From the NCBI GenBank assembly GCA_000091205.1, contig AP006497.2: 64,000 nucleotides of DNA, one strand, 5' to 3'. The notes under the pieces were generated by a model. The model searched no databases. It was given only the letters and a program-made list of their open reading frames with translations, and was not told the DNA's origin. Source of the stretch: Cyanidioschyzon merolae. Taxonomy: Eukaryota. The position numbers were made by a program, and so were the translations under genes. Below, in pieces: positions 30,290 to 42,062 of the stretch (its first letter is position 1; every line of letters begins with the position of its first letter).

Positions 30290-30525
30290 AACCTTCTCGA
30301 TCTTTTCCGACACCAGCTCGTCATTTGCCCTTATCGACACACTAGGAATCGGTTCTATCAGTATGGGACTCGGAAACCTCTTTATCTCTACTGATACCAG
30401 CTCGTCATTTGCCCTTATCGACACACTAGGAATCGGTTCTATCAGTATGGGACTCGGAAACTTCTTTATCTCTACTGATACCAGTTCGTCATTTGCCCCT
30501 ATCGACACACACAAGGAATCCTTTC
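30290..30525. repeat. minisatellite: 84-bp unit x ~2.7
   Basis: accagctcgtcatttgcccttatcgacacactaggaatcggttctatcagtatgggactcggaaacctctttatctctactgat repeated at 30312, 30396 and 30480; generates the 28-aa periodicity in track ORF 30153..30791. Confidence 0.9.
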
Positions 30526-32489
30526 GACATGTCGCTGATTTCTGCGCCAGCCAGATTCTGGTGCAATTCGTAGAAAGCATGCCTCATGAAGCGCTCTATT
30601 TTAACCCGCATTCGTTTCTGGTTCCCGTAGTTCGTTTGCTGCCTGTCGGTACCGGCACTGGCGCATGTTTCTTCGGTGGCCGACGTGGCAGCACCACGCG
30701 TCAAGTTATGCCAGCAAGCGTTTGTGCAAACCCCGCATCCTACACTGACGCAGCGATGCATGTACCGCGCAGCACTCCAGTTCCCGCATGAGGGTTTGAT
30801 CGAGAAATTTCAGAGGAAGATGGATAACTGGTAGCGCTGTGTCGGAAACTCCTCTGCACAGTTGCTCGGCGAGATGCATCATGAAAGAGAGACTGGACGT
30901 GGCTTGCCTGCGTAACGAGCTACATGATGTGGGGCGGTTTTCTATATTCCTTGTCATCGAAGTTGCTCCCGATTTGCGTGTTTTAGCATAGAAGCCTTGA
31001 GAATGTTTTGAGTTTGGTTTTTCGGCTCCGACGGTTTTTCCTTGCTGAGATTTCTCGTCATGTCTTCTGGAGGATCGTTCGCTTCTTTGTGTGGCTCGGT
31101 TCAACGCCTTTTCGTTTTCTCGGCAAAAGTCGTATGGACGTGGTCCCGGGAATCAAGCACCGTTTCTTTTATTCAGACGCAGACGCGTTCGGTGGCCGTG
31201 CACCTCAAACGCTTCTACGATCTGTACGTATCTTCTCCTTCGACCGCATATTTTCGTCATCCGTCTTCGTCGCGCGCACGCCGACGTCCCGCAGCACTGC
31301 TTTCCGCTCCGCACAGCGCACGAGAGCAGGCAAGCAACATACGAGTTCAGTGCTGCTGAATATAGAGAACGACCTGTCGAAGCACGGGGTCGTCTATTTG
31401 ATCGACTTTTCAATGGATCCATGATTGTGCATATGGTGTTTGCCGACAAAGAACACGCCCTCGACTGGACTGAATCAGGGAGGCTGAGCTAGCCCGTAGA
31501 GCAGCGCATCCCATGCTGCAGCTGCGTACACCTTGACCGCTTTTGAGTGATGGAAACCGACGCTTCTCAAAGCCGGACATAGCAATATGGGATCATGGAG
31601 CCACCGAGTGCTTCACTGAGGGATAATCTTTTGTGCGATCCTTCCGTTTGAGCAAATCACAGGCGACTACATGATTGCATTGCCGCCAGCGCTGATACAT
31701 CGTGAATTTCGCTTGCCGCTCCCGCGCGAAGAGCGGTTCGCTCTTCTTTGCGTACCAGTGAACAAGTCTACCATTGGTCGTGAGTGAGGTCTCATCGGCT
31801 GAGACGGACGTCTGTCCCTCTTGTGATAAGCGTTCGCGTTTCAGAGCGAACTCCGTGGTGTCTTGTTTATGGTGCGATAGTCTCCCGTAGAGGCCTGCAT
31901 ATTTTCTTTGACGTTTGCATCATTTCATCACTGTTCCGGTCAACGATAGGAAAACTTCATATCCTGTATCATCTTTGATCGTATTTCTTAGAGAATAGTA
32001 GGGGACGGATTGAATAGACAAAGCAACAGTCATGTATGCATTGTATAGCGAGATGTGTATGTAGACTGCTCGACGCTGAGCATGACAACGACGACAAGGG
32101 CGGCATATCCACCTGTTTCCCATGCAATGACTGACTTGTACAAGAAAGGTCCTCAGCTCGCAGGCTAGCTCCTGCACCATGCAACCTTTCCGTGACATCG
32201 CTCTTTAATCCACGGGTTCCATTCCGTTTGTTGCATGCCTGCGAGAAAACAATCAAAAAATGCATCCGGGTACAGGAATTCCAGTACTCATGGCTCCGCG
32301 TACAATCGTAGATAACGATGCTGCCGCCATCGCCTTTCGATCTCGATCACCCTGCATCGCGGTGGTGTCGCAGTCGATAAACTTCAGACTTGGAGCTCCC
32401 AGAGCGCTATCGAGTATCCTTGGTTCGTGTGGAAACGATCCGAACCCCCTAAACACGAACTAGGAGGGCGTATGTGGGTCATCTTGACC

Positions 32490-34031
32490 ATGGCAAGTGC
32501 AGTTCACTGGTTCCGAAAGGGTCTGCGCTTGCACGACAACCCTGCCCTGCTTGATGCGGTGCAAAATCCCACCACAACGTACGTGTTGCCAGTATTCTGC
32601 CTTGACCCGATATTCCTGCGACCCGAGACTGTGGGCGTGAACCGCATGAACTTTCTGCTAGAGTGCTTACAGGATCTGGACCAGCAACTTCGCAAGCTGC
32701 ACTCTAGACTGTTTGTGCTTCGGGGCAATCCGCTGGAGCAACTACCCGTCTTTTTCCGAAAGTATCATACGCGCTTGCTGACGTTCGAGTTCGACACAGA
32801 GCCGTATGCGAAGCAGCGAGACACACAGGTTCGGCGACTCTGTGCCGAGCTGGGCATCGAGGTGCGCACTCGTGCGACGCACACGCTCTACGATCCCGAG
32901 GATATTCGACGTGAACTCGGAGATCGTCCCACACCGCTTACCTACAAAAGCTTCTACGCGTTCGTAACGGAGCGTCTGGGCCAGCCGATGAGTGCGCTGG
33001 ACGCACCCGCGCCTGCGAGCGGTTTCCAAACACCCGATGTGGACCTGGACACCTACACCGTTCCGTCGCTTTCGGAGCTGGAGGCGTATCAGGGCCTCGA
33101 AGTGGAGACACCTTTCCGCGGTGGCGAGACTGAAGCACTCAGGCGCATGGAGAACTTTTTACGAGAACGGGCGGATGAAGTTCGCTCGTTCGCGAAACCC
33201 GCGACATCGCCAACGGCATGGCCAGTAGCATCCACGACGCAACTGTCGCCGTACTTCAAGTTCGGCTGCCTATCGCCGCGGCTCTTTGTCGAGCGCGTCC
33301 GCTCACTACGACCGCTCCAGCAACCACCGGTCTCTCTGATTGGACAGATCTGGTGGCGGGAATTCTTCACATACGTCGCCTATGTGACGCCGCACTTTCA
33401 TCAAATGCAGGGGAATCCTATCTGTCGACAGATACCGTGGCGAGAAGCTGCAGATGATGCACGCTATAGGGCGTGGGAGGAGGCTCGAACCGGATACCCC
33501 TGGATCGATGCTTGCATGGTGCAGCTGCGACAGGAGGGCTGGCTGCACCATCTCGCACGACACGCTGTCGCTTGTTTCCTGACACGGGGTGACCTCTGGG
33601 TCAGCTGGGAACGAGGTCGTGAGACCTTTGATCGTCTGTTGGTAGACGCCGACTACAGTCTGAACAATGCAAATTGGTTATGGTTGTCAAGCTCAGCATT
33701 TTTTCATCAGTACTATCGCGTCTATTCTCCGATCAGTTTCCCCCAAAAGTACGATCCAAATGGTGAATATGTGCGACATTTTCTGCCAGTGTTGAAGGAG
33801 ATGCCGTCAAAATACATTTACACCCCGTGGTTAGCACCAGTTGTGGTGCAGAAAAAGGCCAAATGCATCATTGGTGAGGACTATCCGCATCCGATCGTGG
33901 ATCATGCAGTCGTTATGCGAGAGAATATGAGGCGCATGCGCGAGGCACTTGACGCGGGCGCTCCGCAGCGTGTTCCGAAGCGGCCACGACGCGATGCCAA
34001 CGAAGCATCGTCATCGTCATCGTCGTCATAG
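32490..34031 (+). CDS. animal-type cryptochrome / (6-4) photolyase family protein
   Basis: N-terminus MASAVHWFRKGLRLHDNPAL is near-identical to animal CRY/6-4 photolyase. FAD-binding region: WREFFTYVAYVTPHF, GWLHHLARHAVACFLTRGDLWVSWERG, DADYSLNNANWLWLSSSAFFHQYYRVYSPISFPQKYDPNGEYVRHFLP. Ends in Ser8. Track start 32427 is GTG; in-frame ATGs lie at 32472 and 32490, and the latter has the better Kozak context and matches the family N-terminus. Confidence 0.9.
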   Translation: MASAVHWFRKGLRLHDNPALLDAVQNPTTTYVLPVFCLDPIFLRPETVGVNRMNFLLECLQDLDQQLRKLHSRLFVLRGNPLEQLPVFFRKYHTRLLTFEFDTEPYAKQRDTQVRRLCAELGIEVRTRATHTLYDPEDIRRELGDRPTPLTYKSFYAFVTERLGQPMSALDAPAPASGFQTPDVDLDTYTVPSLSELEAYQGLEVETPFRGGETEALRRMENFLRERADEVRSFAKPATSPTAWPVASTTQLSPYFKFGCLSPRLFVERVRSLRPLQQPPVSLIGQIWWREFFTYVAYVTPHFHQMQGNPICRQIPWREAADDARYRAWEEARTGYPWIDACMVQLRQEGWLHHLARHAVACFLTRGDLWVSWERGRETFDRLLVDADYSLNNANWLWLSSSAFFHQYYRVYSPISFPQKYDPNGEYVRHFLPVLKEMPSKYIYTPWLAPVVVQKKAKCIIGEDYPHPIVDHAVVMRENMRRMREALDAGAPQRVPKRPRRDANEASSSSSSS

Positions 34032-35114
34032 TCTACAGTAGCTGCTTCCTGAATGCAACCTTATCCATTATCCGAATGCCGCCAGCACCAAGCATGAGCG
34101 GCAAGGGCGATGCCAGAGCGCGCTACGTCGTTCAGCTGGCGAGTCGACGACACTGGCACCAGTGCGGGTTACGTGCATGGCGTGCGTCTTGTATGGGACA
34201 CGGGTGCGGCACATGACTCGCCGGAAACTCGTGCATACTCCATCTGCAGACGGCAGGGCAGCTGGTTCCTCGTCCAGCTGATGGGCACGAATCCGAGGCA
34301 GATCACGAGAATCAGAGATGCAGTATTCGTCGCGTCTGTGAACGGCCATGCGTATGCATTCACGAGTGCGTCATAAGCGCACCAATGATGAGACACACGC
34401 TCCTGGCGGCGAACAGTACCAACGGGCGCGCCAGTGAACGCATCAGGTTCAAGTCGTCGGTGCCTTTTGTCTTTGCTGGAACGCTGTCCAGAAACCTGTA
34501 CGGCATTGGTGTGCCCAGCGTAGGTGCCGCCCAGGCTATGCGCATTGGGCGCTCGGGACCAAGTTCCGACGAGCAAGACTGCGCTCTCCGTTCCGTACCT
34601 CGTTTCGTATGAAACGGCGGACCACGCACAAAGAGTATCACATGAACGGAATTTAGCGGGCTTTGCGGATGAAAAGCATGCCCTACAGCTTTCGATCAAA
34701 CACACACGCCCGACTCCAGCACCTATCGCGGGTCGCGCTCGTTCCACCGGCCGTGGTGCATCGTTGCGGGTCGCTCGACGTGCGCAACTGCATCGTCGCC
34801 CGAGCGAGACGTTGAACCTGAGGAAACGCTCGCCATGACACTGCCGATATACATCGCAGGTACTAGTTGTGTTCGTGTTTGAGCTAGCGACCGCACGCCC
34901 GTTCGTTGCATGTCAGGTACGCTCTGTGCATCGCGTAACTCGTTTTGGGTTCATGCCAGCGTGAATCCGAGCGCAAGTCTCGAAAAGCACACCAGAGCGC
35001 CTTGTCGATAACAGAGCCTCATTGGCGCATGATGCCGATAACAAAGACTCGTATGCCTGTATCAAGCACGCCCTCGATTCTCCCCGAGTCTGAGTCAAGT
35101 GCAGCCCATAAACG

Positions 35115-35131
35115 CACACACACACACACAC
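35115..35131. repeat. (CA)n microsatellite
   Basis: cacacacacacacacac. Confidence 0.9.
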
Positions 35132-35177
35132 ACCTGTCTTGCGCGTCTCGAAATACCCAGCGGCGATAAACGACCAG

Positions 35178-35846
35178 CTACATCGTATGCCGCCCACAAA
35201 ATTGGTCAAGTGGGGTCTCCGGCAGGGCCTCCTTCGGGATACCGTAGACCACAGCTTTCGCCCTCAAGTAAAGCTCGATCTGAGCCATTGCTTGTTCCGT
35301 ACGCCGAATCTCTGGCCCAGCTCGATACGAGTCCAGCAACACCCAGTACAGTTTCAACCCGCAAACGACACGTCGCCAAGCCAGCCAGTGCGAGTCATAA
35401 TGGACGAGCACCGCTCCGTACTGGACTGCTTTCTGAGCCGCTCTCTGCAGCGATCGAGTTTCGGAAGCCTTCCAGCGCAGCGGCTCCGGGTGGATACCGA
35501 CCGATGCCAGCGCAGCAAGCAGCACTTGTGCACTGAAGAAGCCAGTGAGACTCGCGTTCAAAGAGGCGGGTGTGTACGCCTGCAAGAGCTCGTGCCCCTG
35601 CAGTAAAGCCCGCTCCGCTTCATCAAGCTCGTTACTGATGCTGATCAAGTCGTCCAGCGAAAAGTACGGCCCCTGCAACACGTTGTTCAAACAGTGCAGT
35701 ACGCAGAGGTACGAGTCTGGCTCCTGGTGTTCAAAGTAGACCGCTGAAAGCACCTGCTTCCGACTGGGTACCCGTGGTGGCCCTTCCTCGTCGATTGCTC
35801 CCGAGTGCCGGCCTCTGCTCAGGAACCGGGGTGCGAAGCAGACCAT
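35178..35846 (-). CDS. Josephin-domain protein (ataxin-3-like cysteine deubiquitinase), Josephin domain only
   Basis: ATG start. VYFEHQEPDSYLCVLHCLNNVLQGPYFSLDDLISISNELDEAERALL aligns closely to ATXN3 IFHEKQEGSLCAQHCLNNLLQGEYFSPVELSSIAHQLDEEERMRM, with catalytic Cys in ..SYLC... Later blocks YDSHWLAWRRV.. ~ YKEHWFTVRKL.. also match. 222 aa, no UIM/polyQ tail. Confidence 0.8.
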   Translation of the reverse strand: MVCFAPRFLSRGRHSGAIDEEGPPRVPSRKQVLSAVYFEHQEPDSYLCVLHCLNNVLQGPYFSLDDLISISNELDEAERALLQGHELLQAYTPASLNASLTGFFSAQVLLAALASVGIHPEPLRWKASETRSLQRAAQKAVQYGAVLVHYDSHWLAWRRVVCGLKLYWVLLDSYRAGPEIRRTEQAMAQIELYLRAKAVVYGIPKEALPETPLDQFCGRHTM

Positions 35847-36045
35847 ACAGCACGCCCAGTGTTACTCCGAGGTCTCGAAGCGCTGCTTGTTCGCTTTCAC
35901 GACGACGGACGTTGTCAACGAGTTCCTGGCAAGTGCGTGGCGTTTCGACAGGTATGCGTACGCATGCCAAGCGTCCTCCTGTATACTCGCGTCCCGTGCG
36001 TCCTGCTTGACACAATTCAGATGCAGTGCAACCCGTTGCTAGCTT

Positions 36046-36046
<1 letters not shown>

Positions 36047-36109
<63 letters not shown>
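36047..36109. repeat. (CAG)21 perfect trinucleotide repeat
   Basis: 63 nt uninterrupted CAG, ~200 bp upstream (5') of the Josephin gene start and not in its reading frame (on that strand it reads CTG). Confidence 0.95.
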
Positions 36110-36111
<2 letters not shown>

Positions 36112-36755
36112 AAAGTCAGGTATAAAGTGGCGTGTAGCGCACGTAGCGGCCGCCCGACTGCTCGACGGATCATGCCCGAGCGTTGCGCGGCTTCCGCAGA
36201 AGCGCTCGGGATACCCTGTGAACGCCTTTAACTGGATCATAGGTCTAACCAGCGGACTTGGACTTGTGTGTTACAGTATGGGGTGCTTGCCGGTGTGTTA
36301 GCAACACCAGCCTTTAAGGTTGTTTCTGTGACTGGTTCCTTTCTCTCTCTCTCTCGTTGCATAGGGGTTACAAACGCCAGTCTCTCCTGTTTCTCCAGCT
36401 CGGTTGTTCGTAGTCCGCGGATGTTGGCGGTAACGTTAAGGTCCGGATTTCCCTGCTTCCGGCTGTTGTTGATATAGTCGATGCACAGGTGGAAACGGCA
36501 AGCTACGGCTCACTCGTCGTGTTCATCTTCTATATGTGCGGCCTTGGTGTGCCGTTCGCAACGGTGATACTTGGCTGTGGCCGGGTGTTTCCGTAGGTCC
36601 AGTATACCGCCTGCTCCAGGGGTTGTCCCGGGGCGCGTGAACGCTGTCTTCATCGCTCGACACCAGCTCACGACGACTCCAGCAGGCTGCTTTGGATGCC
36701 CTGCTTGGTTTCTGCACTCGGCACGATGCGCGATATTCACGGGCTTGTAGAGGAA

Positions 36756-36890
36756 TGCATTCGTGTTCTGAAGGTATCTTGAAGTGTGCAAAACGTTGCA
36801 TCTGGATTGCTCCTTGTTCTTCCGCGTTCTCTATCTTGTGTAAAGGAATCCATTCGTGTTCTGAAGGGATCTCGAAGTGTGCAAAACGTT
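36756..36890. repeat. two-copy ~45-bp direct repeat (spaced ~89 bp)
   Basis: gaatgcattcgtgttctgaaggtatcttgaagtgtgcaaaacgtt and ggaatccattcgtgttctgaagggatctcgaagtgtgcaaaacgtt. Confidence 0.7.
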
Positions 36891-39071
36891 CGTGGCTGAT
36901 GACGACAGATACGTTCACGACTCCGCTCTCGATGGAGAGCACTACGTCTGCTTGCCGCACTGCCAACATCCCGCTCCTCTCTTTTCCTTCGCATTCACAC
37001 ATTTCTCTGCCTTGTTTTTCCCTTTCGTTCATATGGTACGCATGAGTGCCCTGCAAGCCACGGACGAAAGCTGCAACTTTCGCTTCGTGAACTCGTCGTT
37101 GTTGCTGAGTTCCCTATCGTTTTCGGTACGCTAACCTTTCATCGGACGCATCTGCGCCGCCCGGAAGCCGGTACCGCTCTCCACAACAAGCCGAAATAAT
37201 GCCCCTAAACGAATCGCCGTTACGAGCCCCGCAGGGATGCAATAGGAGAACGCGCAGTCTCTATCATTCAGGAGCCCTGCTGCATCGCTCCAGATCCGGT
37301 GGCATCATCGCTTCGGAAGGCGGGGTTCTCGCATTCAACGTATTCATCTTCTCCTCGACATCTTCGCTTATGAGGAAAATTCGACCCAGGCATAGCATGC
37401 CATCTCTGTTCACCGAACGAATGGGCTTGGACGAAAGGCATGCAACAATGCCGTCATTCGTGCCGTTCAGTCCGGTACTTGAGTGGAGCCCGCAGCACCC
37501 AAGTCCGCATGCTTCTGTACCGGCTCCGTGATCCCGGCAAAGAGCAAGCACATTCCGCGGTTTCCCTCTGCTATTGTGGTGTCGTAGAAATGCGGCGTCG
37601 TCAGGCACAGGCGTGCCAACGAATTGGGCAAGATTCTCGTAAGTTTATGAGTCTCTACGCCAAATCCTCGGTTCACCACTTAAGCACGGATACGAGCATC
37701 TTGACGAGAGCTCTTTTGCATAGCGCTATTGTTTATGGTGCCGGCTCGCCGTACGTCGCCTATAGAATGGATATGGAGCCAGCTAGTGTTCAGTCGTATT
37801 GTTTTCGTCGTTCGACGATCTCATAGGCGAAAGGCGCACCAAGTATCTGTCGTATCGAAGTGTCGAGAGGCGCTCGAAATCAGCGTCACATCTCCACCGC
37901 CGATCGAAACGTATGTGATACCTCGTGTGAAGCGAGCAAGGGCGTAGCGCATGTCGAGTTGCGCTGGTTTGGTACTCGTTGCCTGTATTCGAGTCTGCAG
38001 GGTGCTGCAGTGATTAGCGCTTCAGGTGGGAGTCTTCGGTCTCGCCATGAACGTGAGACCCGGCGCTGTATGAAGTGGAATACTGAAGCGCCTGCGCGCG
38101 CGTCGATGTCTACACCAACGCATGGAGCTGCTTTGACGTATTCGAAAGCGTGCGCTTCTATTCATGAGTAATGCCCCATTCAGTCCCCGTCAGGCACAGC
38201 TGCATACGGCGTACATAACGTATGGACTCGTTCGGAATCGTATCGACCAACGGGGGCATATCGTGGCGCCCTTGGGGGCAGTTATCGACAGCTGACGCTT
38301 GGGTACCCTCTACCTGCCAGGTCGACGACTCGGATTCTACGGACATGACCTTCAATGAGTGCCAGCAGTTACGGACCCTGCAGACTGCAGTTCGCCACAG
38401 TCTAGCCGTATGACAGAGGGTTCGGTGCCCATACAATGACGCACCAGCACCTGCCTGCCAGTCACCTGCTGTGCGCTTCATAGGATGCATAAGGCTTCAT
38501 GTTCGCTGCCCGCGCGTCCTGTACCCACCGGTGCATTCTAGGAAATCGCAAAAAAACGCAATGATGCACTTCTCGGCATGCGACATGTCCTTCTCATTGT
38601 CAATGGTTGCTCGCCTCGTTCCTGACGCAGATGCACCCTAAAAGTTGGCCGAATCCACCCAGTTCAGTAGCTACTGCTCATGCTCTTGTGCTCACTATGC
38701 TGGTCAGTCACACACAAACGGCTTTCCACGGTATTCTCTGGAGGCCGCGGTACCGTGCTCAGACGCCATCGTCCTCGCCACGGAGCATGCGTACGTTCTA
38801 TTGCGAGTGGATGCTCGATGCCTACCTTGACCTATATACACTGAGATCGTGATCCGAATGGGCTGTGCTCTGGTTCTGTCATCGATAAAGACCTAACCAC
38901 ATGCGGTTTCCGTGGCCCACTCCTGATCTTTTGATGCTCGCAATGCAGCAAGTCCTCATCACGGTCACACAGGTTATCCAAGAATGTCCTTACCTACGTC
39001 TACAGCATCCTTCCGGCTATGTTGACGTGTTTTCGCCAAATCAGTCTGATCTAGGTGCATCCTGATCGTCT

Positions 39072-40373
39072 CTAAAAAGTGACATCATGGCAAAGCCGCG
39101 ACTTCTCTGCGAGCCAGACACACCAGCTGGACACCGCTGTAGTTTCCAGTGAACGGACATGGGTGTCGGGGCCGAGCCATTGTCGCGCCTGGGCAGCGAC
39201 TTGCTCCGACTCCGTCGTGCGTCGTCGACCGTTCCATTCCATATGTGCGAGCAGCTGCGCGTACCGCACCAAAGCGCCAATGTAGAGAACCTGATGGCTC
39301 GCTGGACTCAGCGCTGGACACTGCTGCTGCTGCTGCTGCTGCTCTCCTGGCTTTGAAGTACCAGAGTGTCCCGACAGCGAGCGTTGCGGAGGTGCACGCT
39401 CGAGACAGGCGCGATACAGACCTTCCGCAATGACGGGATCTCTGCGGACCTGCCAGTAAAAATTTGCCAACGCAGTGAGCGGAATTAGGGCAAAACCCGG
39501 ATGCTCCGTTTCTTTGGCCCTGCTCAGAGCTTCAGTCAGCATGGATTCGCACTGCTCGTCGTCAAAGGACAGCGAAGCTGTTACTTGCGGCCGCTGTGTG
39601 CGCCAGAACGCCACGCTGGCGTTTTCTGAAAGTGCTACCACCTTGCCAAACAGCCGCATGTCGCTGTGGTTACCCGCTGGTGGCGACTCGTGCTCAATAT
39701 GTGTCAATGCAGCCTGGAGCATATCTTCCGAGTGCAGAGCTGCACCAAGCGATAACAGCGCCCGTCCGAGAAGTGCGCTTCCACTGGCGGACGCTCTCAG
39801 CTCGTCCAGGAACCGCTTGGCGTCGGACACAAGCCTCGCGTGGATCTCTCTAGAAGCGGCGTCTGCGGAAGGATTCCCGGCATACAGCTGTTGTGCTCGG
39901 CTCAGCAGCGAAAACAGATGGACCCCACTCTTGAGGAGGCCTCTGGGCGACTCCCTATCGCTGATCGTGCCGGTCATACGCGAGCACCTCGTGGAATGCC
40001 AATCGCCCAGCTGCACCGTTCGCAAACACTGCACCAGGAACTGCTGACTATTCCAGCATGCCATGCTATCCAGATAGAAATCCTCTCCACTTCGTTGAAG
40101 CGCGACCCATGCTTTGCGGTAAAAACGAAGAGCGCGGCTGATGCCTGCTCTCGTTGACCAAGAGTCAAGCGTCGCAACGTGTGCATACAGTGCTGCCGCA
40201 TCCAGACTGTGCTGAGGAAGCTTCTGTACGACAGCTACCACGCGCTGGAGCGCACGCTCACTTCCGTCCGATAACTCTGGGAGACGCTCTGCTTGAGCCA
40301 GAGCACGCGCAAAGGCAGCAGAGCGTGCTTTCGGTCGGAGCACCTGGAGCCAGCTTTGACTCTGGGCACTCAT
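39072..40373 (-). CDS. hypothetical protein (433 aa, predicted all-helical, Q7 run)
   Basis: Uninterrupted 433-codon ORF with ATG start (cat at 40371-40373). No recognisable domain, but the length far exceeds chance for this GC content. Confidence 0.5.
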   Translation of the reverse strand: MSAQSQSWLQVLRPKARSAAFARALAQAERLPELSDGSERALQRVVAVVQKLPQHSLDAAALYAHVATLDSWSTRAGISRALRFYRKAWVALQRSGEDFYLDSMACWNSQQFLVQCLRTVQLGDWHSTRCSRMTGTISDRESPRGLLKSGVHLFSLLSRAQQLYAGNPSADAASREIHARLVSDAKRFLDELRASASGSALLGRALLSLGAALHSEDMLQAALTHIEHESPPAGNHSDMRLFGKVVALSENASVAFWRTQRPQVTASLSFDDEQCESMLTEALSRAKETEHPGFALIPLTALANFYWQVRRDPVIAEGLYRACLERAPPQRSLSGHSGTSKPGEQQQQQQQCPALSPASHQVLYIGALVRYAQLLAHMEWNGRRRTTESEQVAAQARQWLGPDTHVRSLETTAVSSWCVWLAEKSRLCHDVTF

Positions 40374-42062
40374 CAGGCGTCAGTGTCCGCGTCGCCGAGC
40401 ACGCTGTGTACGCTTCTCGAACCTGAAAGCGACAACACTGGACTCGTGGCGATGCGTGCCGCACGGTGACGCAGTATCCGTAGCTATCCAGAGAAGACGC
40501 GCTTTCTGTTGGCTAGCGTGCGGCCTAGAGCCAACGTCGCTTCACTATCGTTTCCGTACCTCGTTTACCGCCTGGTGCGCGTGGCTGCCTTTCCACTTAA
40601 GGCGCATGAGCAGCGCTTGCCTTTCGTCCCTAGAGTTGTACTTCGCCGGTTACGTCCGTCGAGATCAATGAAGATCACCCCTTTTTCTTCGCTTTGAAAC
40701 GCAACTGCCTGTCGGAAGCGCGCTTTCTCAGTTTAGAAAGCCCCGATCAGTGACGTCTAACTAGAATCCAACATCTCAGCATGCAACTACCAGCTCAGGC
40801 GCCTGAGGGAAACGTCGTAGCATCCGCGCGACAATTCAGGAAACGTTCTGCGATGATGAAAGGTCAACAAATACCCAATAGCAGACGCCTTCCGGTCTTT
40901 TTGACTGGCCGCCTGCGGTCCGTTTCAGTTCATCCTTGCACAGTACGAGTCGGGGTGGCTGTCCCATAAAGTCGGCCCACCTCAGCTTCTCGGGTCTCGA
41001 CCTGAGTACCGCACATCGCTTGATATGGATGGCGGCATTTGGAGCCTCGGTTCACGAACTCCTTGCTTTCTTTTTTTGACTCGTGTTGAACGCACCAGTG
41101 CAAAGAATGCTGGAGTTCGTGCCCTCTCTGCCACCGCAGACTCGTCATTGTTCCGTGGGGCAAACACAGTTCGTCTCTTGTCTTTCCTATTTTGCACGTT
41201 CTTCTTCATCCGATGAACACAGAGAAGAGGTTTTTTCGTCTTTTTCCGGTACCCGGCGATGACGGTCCCGCAGGATCCCCAACTCTCATGTCCATACCTT
41301 TTACTTGGATTTTGTATTTCTTCATGTGAGCGCACTTCGAACGCCTCTGCAATCAACCGAGAAGAAGCATTTGATGACACGCTCCTCGAGATGGAACACC
41401 ATCGAGGTGAAAGACTAGAAAAGCTCCCGGAATGCGAATGGCTAGTATCCATTCGGAGACATAGAACGTGCTTTTCTGAACGCATGTAACAGGTATTTTG
41501 CGTTTCTTGGTGCTACGGAGGGAATCACCATACATGCCAGGCGCCCAGTGAGTGCATGATCCTACACCTCGGATCGAGTCAGGCGAAGTGTATCCAAGGT
41601 TCGAAAGCTTCTACACGGCATCGCGTGCGCTGCTTTCGTGACGTGCTTGCTCCAATGCACGCTGTTCGGAAAATGGAGGTCACATTGCACAGCTGATGCT
41701 GCCTTGGTTAGAAAAGTGCTCTAGGGCGTCGAGTGCGCACCTGGTTTGCTGCTGGTGCTTGCGAAGTTCTCGTTTGTACCGCTATGCTCGCGCAGCGTTG
41801 CGCTTTTGAGGAAGGCAGCCCTAAACCAGACCTGGACGACGATTTAAAACATTTCAGAGAGAGTCTTGTCGAGCGACACCTATGACGCCTGTTAATGCTC
41901 AATGGTTTGCCTAGGCGCTTGCCCGACCGGGAACGAACGTCTCACTCGAAAGGGCGCCTTCAGTCTTGACCAGTTGCGCTGGCAGAATACATGTCGCTGA
42001 AGCATCACCCCGTGCACCGACTTGACGCCATCTCGAGGCGTTTATCGTGCACAATACATGTA

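Noticed and set aside
5635-30525. Could the tandem arrays be CRISPR arrays?
   Set aside because: The units are contiguous with no unique spacers, 77-130 bp long and in a eukaryotic context, so they are not CRISPR.
30153-30791. 212-aa ORF with 28-aa tandem protein repeats
   Set aside because: The periodicity comes from the 84-bp DNA minisatellite, and codon usage is not coding-like.
36026-36301. 91-aa ORF translating the CAG tract as Q21
   Set aside because: There is no support beyond the repeat itself. It more likely lies in the 5' flank/UTR of the Josephin gene.
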